Shown: positions 39,393-47,941 of the stretch, piece by piece
How positions within the stretch are numbered: position 1 is the stretch's first letter
How the letters are laid out: the number at the start of each line of letters is the position of its first letter
DNA from: Ostreococcus lucimarinus
Taxonomy: Eukaryota
Length of the DNA stretch: 64,000 nt
Assembly (NCBI GenBank): GCA_000092065.1
Contig: CP000597.1
Direction: 5' to 3' (one strand)
The notes under the pieces: generated by a model
What the model was told of the DNA's origin: nothing
Database searches by the model: none
Seen by the model: the letters and a program-made list of their open reading frames with translations, nothing else
Made by a program: the position numbers and the translations under genes

Positions 39393-40595
39393 ATGTCGCT
39401 GATCAATAAGGCTATATTTCAGGCGCCCGCGAGCTCGTACGGGGCGCGGTCGCACCCGTGGTCGCCGGCGCACTGCGCGAGGGTGCGGTCGGGGGCGGGG
39501 TACGAGTTTCCGTGCGTGTGGATCGCGTGCAAGCGCGCGCCGGCGGAGCGAGTCGTCATACACTGTCACGCGAACGCGTGCGATATCGGACACATACACT
39601 CGCTCTGCGCGCGAGACGCGGAGTGCTGGCGGGCGAACGTGCTGCTGGTGGAGTATCCGGGATACGGGACGTCGGAGGGCGTGGCGTACGAACGCGCGGT
39701 CGATCGACACGTCGCGGCGGCGTACGTGTACGTCACGGAAGAGTGTGGGGTGAATCCGCGAGACGTCGTAGTGCTCGGACGATCGCTCGGGACGGGACCG
39801 GCGACCAAGCTCGCGGCGGCGGTGGAGCGACTCGACGGCGCGCAGTTGGGCGGGGTGATTTTGCACTCCCCTTTCACGAGCGTGAAACAGGCTGGGTTAG
39901 TGCTTTTGGGGCAAATCGCGCACATTATGGATGATCGATGGGATAATCGCGAATGGGTGCGCGCGTATAAGGCGAGAACGCTCATCGTGCACGCGATCGA
40001 GGACGAAGTCGTGCCGTTTGCCCACGCCCAGGAGCTCGACGAAATCAGGCGCGCGGCGGGGCTACACTGCAAACTCCACTCCACGCACGGCACGCACAAC
40101 TATTTTTCCTATTACCGAGACTACTTGCAGCCGATATTGGAGTTCATCGATTCGAACATCAAGCCCGGGACAGGGGCACGCAAGCTCGCCCCGCTCGCCG
40201 ATCCGATTCCTCGGTGCGCGTTCTCCGAGGCGCAGGTCAGAAACATCATGGCCATGGTCAAGGCTCAGGTTCCGAACGAAGCGGAAGCGAACGTTCCGTT
40301 GGGTTTGCGATTTTACGGCATGGTGGATTCGGTCGGGGATACGATTTCCCCCGTCTCGACTTCGCCGACCAAGAGCGGGTTCTCGCGCTTTGGCTCGTCT
40401 GGCGCCTTGAGCACGGGCTCGTGGCCGCCCAAAAGCGGACGCACATCGCCGAAAACGCCACAGAAAACCGGCAAGTCGAAATCAATCTCACCCACATCCA
40501 CGATCGTGGGTGACATCGATCCCGAGAACGACGCAGACGACATGATTCTGACGCCGGGCGGCGCCAAGCCGAGGCTCACGCCTCTGCGCGGTTGA
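39393..40595 (+). CDS. Alpha/beta-hydrolase ABHD17/FAM108 (Bem46-like) family protein with a Ser/Pro/Thr-rich C-terminal tail.
   Basis: MSLINKAIFQAPASSY (compare ABHD17 MNGLS...KLAFLPPEPTY). ...VLLVEYPGYGTSEGVAYE...VVVLGRSLGTGPA (GxSxG)...ILHSPFTS...LIVHAIEDEVVPFAHAQEL. Confidence 0.7.
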   Translation: MSLINKAIFQAPASSYGARSHPWSPAHCARVRSGAGYEFPCVWIACKRAPAERVVIHCHANACDIGHIHSLCARDAECWRANVLLVEYPGYGTSEGVAYERAVDRHVAAAYVYVTEECGVNPRDVVVLGRSLGTGPATKLAAAVERLDGAQLGGVILHSPFTSVKQAGLVLLGQIAHIMDDRWDNREWVRAYKARTLIVHAIEDEVVPFAHAQELDEIRRAAGLHCKLHSTHGTHNYFSYYRDYLQPILEFIDSNIKPGTGARKLAPLADPIPRCAFSEAQVRNIMAMVKAQVPNEAEANVPLGLRFYGMVDSVGDTISPVSTSPTKSGFSRFGSSGALSTGSWPPKSGRTSPKTPQKTGKSKSISPTSTIVGDIDPENDADDMILTPGGAKPRLTPLRG

Positions 40596-40671
40596 GAATT
40601 TCTTCGTCTGTATATGTATCACAAGCGCGCGCGTGAAACTGTATGTTTATTTGTAATGATAATCTGACGTA

Positions 40672-41460
40672 TCACGCAATCAAGCGCAGGAGCTGTCCGG
40701 AGAGCTGAAACGACTTCCCAGTCTCCTCGAGGCACCGATCCTTCTCTTCGCGCGACCACGCCTCGGCGGTTTCGTTTAACAAATTTCTCACCCGAGCCAA
40801 AGATTCATCCAAGCCCCCGTTCGCGCGCCACTCGTAAAATTCCAGTTCTTTACCATCCAAAATGAGCTCGCTCACCTTGCGTCCGATCATCCGTCCCCCC
40901 GCGCTGTGCGCAAAGTAGACGTTGTAAAAGTGACAAATAAACTCGGGCGGCGACGTCGCCGCGAGCGCCTTGAGCGTCTCCGCGTACTCCTTCCCCGCCC
41001 CCGTCGCTTCCCTCGGCGCCAACCCGAATCGCTCCTCCATATACTTAATATCCTTCCTCAGCGCCTCCGAGCGCTCTAACCCACAATTATTAAACTTTCC
41101 ATACGTTTTTTCGTTTTCGTTCGCCGCCACGACGCGCTCCATCGCCTCGTACACCGCCAGCGACTCCACCAAAAAGTTCAAGTATCCCTCCGCCGTCGGC
41201 GTCCATCGCGCCACGGGCTTTTGTTCCGACTTCGTCGCGTCCGTCTTTTTCTCTCCCTCCCTCGGCGCTTGCTCCCGCGTGTGCAGCGACATCGCGACGC
41301 GTCGCATCTCTTCGACGAAGCCTTTTTGTTGTCCCATCGACGCGCCGTGTCCGTGTCCGTGCGCGCGCGCGCGCGCGTGAGACGCCCGCGCGCGCGACAG
41401 AGAGGGCGCGCGCGCGACGTGCGCGCGCGACGACGGCGCGGCGGCGCGCGCCAGCGGCAT
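40672..41460 (-). CDS. HO1: Plant-type heme oxygenase 1 (HY1/HO1-like), plastid-targeted.
   Basis: ...EGYLNFLVESLAVYEAME...EFICHFYNVYFAHSAGGRMIGRKVSELILDGKELEFYEW...LARVRNLLNETAEAWSREEKDRCLEETGKSFQLSGQLLRLI matches the plant HO1 C-terminal consensus. The ORF track start at 41547 extends 5' to the edge of repeat family A. ATG 41460 (MPLARAAAPS..., transit-peptide-like) is preferred. Confidence 0.85.
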   Translation of the reverse strand: MPLARAAAPSSRAHVARAPSLSRARASHARARAHGHGHGASMGQQKGFVEEMRRVAMSLHTREQAPREGEKKTDATKSEQKPVARWTPTAEGYLNFLVESLAVYEAMERVVAANENEKTYGKFNNCGLERSEALRKDIKYMEERFGLAPREATGAGKEYAETLKALAATSPPEFICHFYNVYFAHSAGGRMIGRKVSELILDGKELEFYEWRANGGLDESLARVRNLLNETAEAWSREEKDRCLEETGKSFQLSGQLLRLIA

Positions 41461-41549
41461 GTCGGCGCTTCTACGTGCGCGCGAGCGCGTCGGACGGTGA
41501 CGTCGAGATTCATTCGTTGGGTTTCGAGCTCTCGTCCCGTCGTGCACCC

Positions 41550-41772
41550 TGGATTGGTTCTCGTCGAGTTTTCTACGTATTTACCGTGATTTAGAGCCAT
41601 GCGTGCCGAAATCGCGATTGCGTTTTGTCCAGCCTGCACACTTACGCACAAACTTAGTGCAGGGCGACTAACAGCATCGCACATAACTTAAGTTCTCGTC
41701 GAGTTTTCTACGTATTTACCGTGCTTTAGATCTATTAGTGCCGAAATCGCGAAAACCGTTTTGTCCAGCCTG
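41550..41772 (+). repeat. Interspersed repeat family A, locus 2: 1.6 tandem copies of a ~135-bp unit (about 85-90 % identical to locus 1).
   Basis: Unit 1 is 41550..41684. Partial unit 2 is 41685..41772. It shares ctcgtcgagttttctacgtatt(c/t)accgtg...gtgccgaaatcgcga...gttttgtccagcctgcacacttacgc with 27926..28132. It lies about 90 bp upstream of the HO1 ATG and about 100 bp beyond the stop of the helicase. Confidence 0.9.
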
Positions 41773-41872
41773 CACACTTACGCGTGGGTTGACGACTCTG
41801 CTCCACGACTTCGATTACACGAGTGGAGTGAGTGCGTGCGTGACTACAGAAAAACAACGCGTGGTAAATGAA

Positions 41873-44800
41873 TTAGTTGCCGCGGCGCTGAGCGCCGCGG
41901 AAACCGCCGCCGCGATCGCCGCGATCGTAATCGGCGTCGCGACGGCGGAACTGACGCTGGCGAAACGCGTCTCGCTCGTCGAGGATGCGGAATAAACCGC
42001 CCACGGCGTCGACGATGTTTTCGCTGGCGTCCGGAAGTGGTTTGCGAGGAGCCATGACTTTGAAAGCCAGCGCGGCATCGATCTCGCGACGGACGTCGGT
42101 GAGTAGATCCATGGTATCGGCGCACTGCGAATCGATGACGATCCAGTCGTCGAGCATGGCTCGGTGAGAGGTGGTTCGCTTGTCGCCGTCATCAGACGCG
42201 CCATCGGCGTCGCTCGACGACGCGAGTTCGCCGGATTCGTTCAATAGTCCCGCTTCGGGCGCCTTCGATGCCGTGGCGGCGTCATCACCATCCAGAAAGT
42301 CTCGCTTGGAGAGCTCGTGACCGCCGAGGAGCATGAGCTGCTCGGGGCGCATCGCCGTGACGTCTCGCAAGAACACTTGCGAGCTGAGCATCATCTCTCG
42401 ATACAAGAACCATCGAGGAAGAGGCGTGCGGTCGCGCGGTGGTTTGCGATGGAAAGCTACGCTCGAGGGGTGTAATCCGGCGTGGTCCTCGGTGCGCGTT
42501 CGCAGGGTGCCAAAGTTGCCAAACTGCCGCCGAGCCGCGATGTTCCCGGGGAGTCCTGCCGCCCAAACCGCGGTGAAGAGCGATTCGTTGGCGGCGTTAT
42601 AGTTCACCGATGCATCGTATCGCAGCGTCTTCTTACTCATCGATCGCCCGTCCAAATCGTAATCTTGAACCAATCCGATACGGTTTAGCTCGTGCAAGAG
42701 CTGCGAGCGAACCGAAGTGATGGTGTTCAAAGCGGCGATGGATATGAAATTATCGCTCGCCCAACGCCGAGCGCCGTCCCAGCCTTGATCGTACTGGATA
42801 GTCTGGAACGCATCGTACGCGCGAACAGTGGCGAGTAAATCTGAAGTCGCGCAGAACGATTGTCTGATTTGCCGCGCCTCGTCTCGCATCCCCGGAGGGA
42901 CGTAAAACGGATCCCGAGAGCTGAAACACGCCGCAGCGGTGAGCACTGGATCGAGACATTTCATCACTGCTCCCATGATGAGCATCCGTCCAGTCCCAGG
43001 ATCGAGCGGGAGGATGGACAGCAATCGTCCCATGGGCGTGAGGACTTCGCCTCCAGACGCCTCGTTCGTCTTGATGGCGCCGAGTTTAAAAAGCCTATCC
43101 ATCGCATACTCCACAGTCTCGTCCGACGGAGGGTCCATGGCTTTGGACAAGAAGTGTTGTACTCCGGTGTTGGTCATCGAGCACGTCTGCAAACAAGTCG
43201 CTTCGAGCGCCGTGCGCTGGATCTCTGGCGTCGGTCGTTCCGCCATGGCGTGCAGAGTACCGTGAGAATATATTCGGTAGCACGATCCAGGGGCGACACG
43301 TCCAGCGCGACCGGTTCGTTGTGTCGCGCTTGCGCGCGACGTTCCGACCGTGCCCATCGTCGACATTCCGCTCTCGGCGTTCCAAGACATCTCTCGTACC
43401 AGACCGCTGTCCACCACGGCGAGCACGTCGTTGATGGTGACAGAAGATTCGGCAATGTTCGTCGCTAATATGACCTTCACCACGCCATCTGGCGCCGGTA
43501 TGAACACTTTTTGTTGCTCTTCTTGAGGAATCGTCGAATGAAGTGGTATAACGTTCAACTTCTCGTAAAGCTCGGGGTCGGTGGTCTCCTCCAGTATCGC
43601 CATCGCCGACTTTATCTCATCCCAACCGGGTAGGAAGCACAAGATACTACCCTTACGTCCGGCGTCGGTTTCGATAGCCGCGACGTGTTTAGCGACTTCG
43701 GCGAGGAGTTGAATCGTGAGTTCGCTCACTTCCTTCGTTTCGTTCGCGCCGAATCGCTTACCAGCTCCACTCTTGCCCATGGACGACTCGCCCGTGCGCG
43801 CGTCGCGCATAGCCACCGCTCGACGAAGAGCACGCACGCGAGACGACGCTCGCATGCGACGAGGTGACATTCCTCGATTATTTTCGACGTCTTCCAACTT
43901 CATCGCCATGTCTTCGAGCGCAGGGTCGACGTCGTCGACGTCGTCGTCGTCATCGTCGACATCGTCTTCGTCCTCAGACACTTCCACTTCCACCTGCTCG
44001 TCCTCCGCCGCCGATATGCGCTCAAGTTGCTGCGCAGCGATTTCTTCGGCTTCGGCTTCCTCGAGTTCGCGCTGCAACGCGCGATCCTGCGCCGCGAGCA
44101 AATCTTTCGCAAGCTTTTTCAATCGACTTGGGATTTCTCGCTTACGAGCGTTGAATTCCTCCTCGCTTACAAGACTTTCATCTTCGACTTCGAGCTCGCC
44201 TCCACCGTCTAGCATATCCTCGAGGTGGACGATCTCTACAGGCCATCGCGGTTTCGTCGGTACGCTCATCAAAGGTACCTTTTCCTGCGTATCTTCACCC
44301 GCAAAGTAGTCACTGAACGATTCCGCGTCGAGCGTCGCGCTCATCAAAACGACTCGCAAATCCGGTCGAGTGGTGATGAGTTCGCGGAGCAAGACGAGCA
44401 GAAAGTCGGTGTTAATGTCGCGCTCGTGAACTTCGTCGATCATAACGTGCGAGATACCTTCCAAATTTTGATCTCTCATGAGTCTGCGAAGTAAAACCCC
44501 GGTCGTGACGAATTCAATGTTCGCCGCGTCGCGCGGTGAATTACCGTGTAATCGCACGGCGAAACCCACCGAGTTCCCAATCGGTTCGTCGCGCTCCGCC
44601 GCGACGCGCTCAGCGACAGATATCGCGGCGATACGTCGTGGTTGGGTGACGATAATGCGCGTGTTCGGCCCTTCGCCTTGTTGGATGGCGTCTTCTAAGA
44701 TGTACTGCGGACACTGGGTCGATTTCCCGCTCCCCGTGCCTCCGCTCACGACGACCACTTGATGTGTTTGCAACGCTTTCACGAGATCTTCGCGAATGGC

Positions 44801-46498
44801 TTTGATGGGCAGCGCATCGCGAATTCTCTTCATCTCTGCTTGAGGGCTTTGCTCGTTCTCGACGGCTCTTCGCAATCGCTTTGCCTCTTCCTCGGCGTAT
44901 TCGCTATTCTCCGCCGCAACGCGTTCCGCCGCACGCGACTCGCGCGCAGCCTTGAGTATTTCTTCCGCTTTCGACGGTCCATCGGAGCTTTTACGCCATT
45001 TTGACTCTTGTCGCGCCGAAAACTTGGCCTCAAACTCCGCTTGTAATTCCACTAGCTCAGACATTCTACCGTCGTGTTCCTCGGGCGAACCCATGGCCTC
45101 GACGAGAATATCGATTCCTTTATCCGGTAACGCGGGCATTGACATCATTGATACGTGATTCGCAGGCGAGGCGTCGATGATTCGATTCAACTCTTCGAGC
45201 CGCCTCTCGCCGACGACAGCGGCGAGCGGTTCGCGGACCGCGTTGATTATTGCCTCGGCTTCGCTCGATGCTTTACTCGCACCTTTCCCACTTCCCTCGA
45301 GCTTCTTCCCACCATCAACGAGCATGCTAACTTCAGTGACGAAATTTCGCTGCTTTTGCGACGTCACCATGGACGGTCGCGTCGAATTCAGCATTTCCAA
45401 GAGCATCTGCGCCCTGTTCTTCTTCGCCTGTTGCGACTCCTTCGCTCGCTCCATGAGCATCTTACGCACGTCCGGTGGATCTTTGGGATTGATCCCGCAC
45501 TGCGTGAACTGTTCGTACAAATCTATCAGCGCCAGCGCCTGCGACTCTTTCTTCCCGAACGCCACCCCCGTGTTGACGAGTTCCACCGCGTCGTCCTCCA
45601 TCGCCGTCGCGTCCGCGGGCGTCGGTTGAATCGCCCCGTGCGGCACCACCGTCCTCACCGTCGTGATGAACGTCTGATCGTGCGCCGGTCCGTTCATCGT
45701 CGTCGACATTCTTTGCTTAAACAGCATTTTCATAGCCGCCTTGTGTAAAATATTCCGTACGTTCTGCCCGTCGACGCCGAGTCGCTCCTTGACGCCCTTC
45801 GCGAGTTGCCGCGTCATGATCGCTCGTCCGTTTTCCCCGTGCGTCACCACCGCCGCGGGCGGCGCTTTACTCGATCGTTTCCCTCCCCCTCTCGACTTCG
45901 TTCGCGCGTCCTCGCGTCCCTGCCGCCCCCCTCGTCCTCCCCGTCCGCCCCGTCCGCCGCGTCCTCCGCGCCCTCGTCCCCCGCCTCGCCCTCGACCGCC
46001 TCGCCCTCGACGCTCATCCCTCCCGCCGCCCTCCTCCGCGCGCGCCGCCGTCGCCGTCGCTTTCGCGCGCCCTTCCTTCGTCGCCCACGCGCCGTCGCGC
46101 GCGTTCCCGCGTCCCGGCGCGTTCGCGCGCGCGTCGCCGCTCGCGCGTCGCGTCCCGCCCGCGTCGCCGCTCGCGCGCGCGCGCGCCGTCGTCGTCGCGC
46201 GCGCCGCGGCGAATCGATCGAGCGCGTTCCGGACGCTTCTCGCGCTTCCCGCGCGCGCGACGACCGCGCACGCGCCGAGCGCGCGCCTCGGCGTCGCGCA
46301 CGCCGCCGGCGCGCGCGCGTCGACGCGCGCGCGCGCGCGCGCCGTCGCCGCGACGCGCATCGCCGCCAGCGCGCTCCGGCGCATGCGACCGCGGCGCGCT
46401 CGGGTCGACGCCGCCGGCGCGCGTCGCGCGCGTGTGCGGCGCCGAGGCGCGCGCGCGCGCGCGGCGCGCGGCCGCGCGGCGATGTCGCGTATGCGCAT
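41873..46498 (-). CDS. DEAH-box ATP-dependent RNA helicase (DHX36/DHX57-like) with an N-terminal RGG/RG-rich region. Start is uncertain.
   Basis: RGG box GGRGRGGGRGRGGRGGRGGRGGRGG. Motif I VVVVSGGTGSGKSTQ, Ia TQPRRIAAISVAERVA, II IDEVHER, III SATLD, VI QRTGRAGR. C-terminal HA2/OB region. An internal acidic insert (DEDDVDDDDDDVDDVD) is present. Confidence 0.85.
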   Translation of the reverse strand: MRIRDIAARPRAARARAPRRRTRARRAPAASTRARRGRMRRSALAAMRVAATARARARVDARAPAACATPRRALGACAVVARAGSARSVRNALDRFAAARATTTARARASGDAGGTRRASGDARANAPGRGNARDGAWATKEGRAKATATAARAEEGGGRDERRGRGGRGRGGGRGRGGRGGRGGRGGRGGRQGREDARTKSRGGGKRSSKAPPAAVVTHGENGRAIMTRQLAKGVKERLGVDGQNVRNILHKAAMKMLFKQRMSTTMNGPAHDQTFITTVRTVVPHGAIQPTPADATAMEDDAVELVNTGVAFGKKESQALALIDLYEQFTQCGINPKDPPDVRKMLMERAKESQQAKKNRAQMLLEMLNSTRPSMVTSQKQRNFVTEVSMLVDGGKKLEGSGKGASKASSEAEAIINAVREPLAAVVGERRLEELNRIIDASPANHVSMMSMPALPDKGIDILVEAMGSPEEHDGRMSELVELQAEFEAKFSARQESKWRKSSDGPSKAEEILKAARESRAAERVAAENSEYAEEEAKRLRRAVENEQSPQAEMKRIRDALPIKAIREDLVKALQTHQVVVVSGGTGSGKSTQCPQYILEDAIQQGEGPNTRIIVTQPRRIAAISVAERVAAERDEPIGNSVGFAVRLHGNSPRDAANIEFVTTGVLLRRLMRDQNLEGISHVMIDEVHERDINTDFLLVLLRELITTRPDLRVVLMSATLDAESFSDYFAGEDTQEKVPLMSVPTKPRWPVEIVHLEDMLDGGGELEVEDESLVSEEEFNARKREIPSRLKKLAKDLLAAQDRALQRELEEAEAEEIAAQQLERISAAEDEQVEVEVSEDEDDVDDDDDDVDDVDPALEDMAMKLEDVENNRGMSPRRMRASSRVRALRRAVAMRDARTGESSMGKSGAGKRFGANETKEVSELTIQLLAEVAKHVAAIETDAGRKGSILCFLPGWDEIKSAMAILEETTDPELYEKLNVIPLHSTIPQEEQQKVFIPAPDGVVKVILATNIAESSVTINDVLAVVDSGLVREMSWNAESGMSTMGTVGTSRASATQRTGRAGRVAPGSCYRIYSHGTLHAMAERPTPEIQRTALEATCLQTCSMTNTGVQHFLSKAMDPPSDETVEYAMDRLFKLGAIKTNEASGGEVLTPMGRLLSILPLDPGTGRMLIMGAVMKCLDPVLTAAACFSSRDPFYVPPGMRDEARQIRQSFCATSDLLATVRAYDAFQTIQYDQGWDGARRWASDNFISIAALNTITSVRSQLLHELNRIGLVQDYDLDGRSMSKKTLRYDASVNYNAANESLFTAVWAAGLPGNIAARRQFGNFGTLRTRTEDHAGLHPSSVAFHRKPPRDRTPLPRWFLYREMMLSSQVFLRDVTAMRPEQLMLLGGHELSKRDFLDGDDAATASKAPEAGLLNESGELASSSDADGASDDGDKRTTSHRAMLDDWIVIDSQCADTMDLLTDVRREIDAALAFKVMAPRKPLPDASENIVDAVGGLFRILDERDAFRQRQFRRRDADYDRGDRGGGFRGAQRRGN

Positions 46499-47667
46499 AC
46501 AGCGCGCGGTTGGTTTTCACGGTCGCGTCGCCCCCGATGCGGTTTACGTGCGCTTTGAAGGGTGCTCGATGTCCGATGAAAGTGCGCGGTGTGACGATAT
46601 ATGCGATGTTCGGACAAACGGCGCGCGCGCGCCGCGATTCGACGATTCGACGATTGGACGACGGGACGCGCGCGACGCGATCGTGATGATAAGTACGCGT
46701 TCGTCGTCGGTTACAACGCGAATAAAACGCGACGCCTCGAGGCGTCGCGCGTCGACGCGGGCGCGCGACGACGACGGCGGCGCGACGAGCGCGCGCGAGC
46801 GGCGCGACGAGCGCGCCGGTCGCGATGGACGGCGAGGCGGCGCTTACATGCCGGCAGCCTTGCGCTCTTCCTCCATCTTCTTCGCGGCGGCGGCGCGACG
46901 GGCTTGGATTTCCTTCTCCTCGGCCGCGTTCTTCGCGCGAAGCTCCTCGGGAGAGAGCGTCTTCTCGTCGGAGCCTTCGTAGGCGTTCCAGTTGGACTTG
47001 CCGGCGACGGAATCCTTGAATCCGGCGCTGCGAGCGGACGACGCGACGACGACGGCGCGCGCTTCGTCAGTCTTCCGCGGTTCGAATTTTTTCGCGTCGT
47101 CGCGACGTCGTCGAACCCTCGCGCCCGTCCTCGCGCGATTTCGACGACGCCGTCCTCGTCATCCTCGTCATCCTCGTCAGCATCGTCGACGTCGCCGCGG
47201 CGTCGTCGCCGCGACGTCGACGACGAGAAAATTTCCCTCGCGACGCCCCTCGACCCGCCCTCGCGCGCGTCGCGCCGCCGTATTTCTCCCGTGCCGACGC
47301 GCGTCGCGTCGCGTTCGCCCGCGCGTCGCGCGCGCGCCCGCGCGCGCGCGCGCGCGTAACGCATAGGGGGGCCCATCGCGCGAAATCGCGCGTCGCGTCG
47401 TCGCGGCGTCCCGCGTCGCGCGACCTCGCGTCGCGTCGCGCGTCGCTCGAGACGCACCGCGCGGAGACGTTGCGCTTGAATTGCGCCGGCGCGTTCGCGC
47501 GAACGGCCGCGGAGGAGGTGACGAGGGCAAACATCGTGTCGGAGCGCGTGCGTGTGTGTCGCGCGGGGTCGACGCGCGCGCGCTGGATAAGGATAAACCC
47601 TTGTATTTTTTCGCGAAAATCGGGTATGTTCGTCGCGTTTTCGGGTGACGGGCGTCGGTTACGCGTA

Positions 47668-47835
47668 ATTAGCCATTTCGGCGCTAATATACGTGTCGTT
47701 TCCATGTGATTAGGCGTTTCGGCGGTCGTATACGTGCCGGTCGCGTGCATCCCGCGTGATGCGCCGTTTCGGCGCTCGTATGCGTGTGAATTCCATGTGA
47801 TTAGGCGTTTCGGGGCTCGTGTACGCGTCAGCGCC
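47668..47835. repeat. Degenerate tandem array, 4 units of ~42-50 bp: attaggcgtttcggcgctcgtatacgtg...(tt)ccatgtg.
   Basis: Units start at 47668, 47709, 47759 and 47800. Each unit begins att(a/g)(g/c)c...tttcggcg(c/g)t and ends ...(tt)ccatgtg. The array is about 110 bp upstream of the start of the coiled-coil gene (47942). Confidence 0.8.
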
Positions 47836-47941
47836 GCGCGCGGGTGCGATTCGGCCGTTGCGCGGTCGCGCGCGGTCGCGCGCGCACATCGCGACGCCGC
47901 GACGCCGCGCGAAACGCGTCGCGCGCGACGCGAGCGTCGCC

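Noticed and set aside
37080-39866. Plus-strand ORF 37080..38624 (514 aa) and minus-strand ORFs 38438..39406 and 38937..39866.
   Set aside because: R-rich and antisense to the RAD51-paralog, TRAPPC6 or ABHD17 genes. Real TRAPPC6 sits in the 37870 frame only.
41461-41547. N-terminal extension of the heme-oxygenase ORF up to the alternative start at 41547, and the ORF-track starts 28097 and 41738 (MPKSR.PFCPAC).
   Set aside because: These are translations of, or run into, repeat family A. The repeat sequence is intergenic, so ATG 41460 and ATG 28202 are preferred as true starts.
45741-46982. 413-aa plus-strand ORF, and minus-strand ORFs 45844..46617 and 46014..46520.
   Set aside because: Translation of the helicase RGG-box region in wrong frames or strand (PRPPRPPRPPRP..., [10 protein letters not shown]...).
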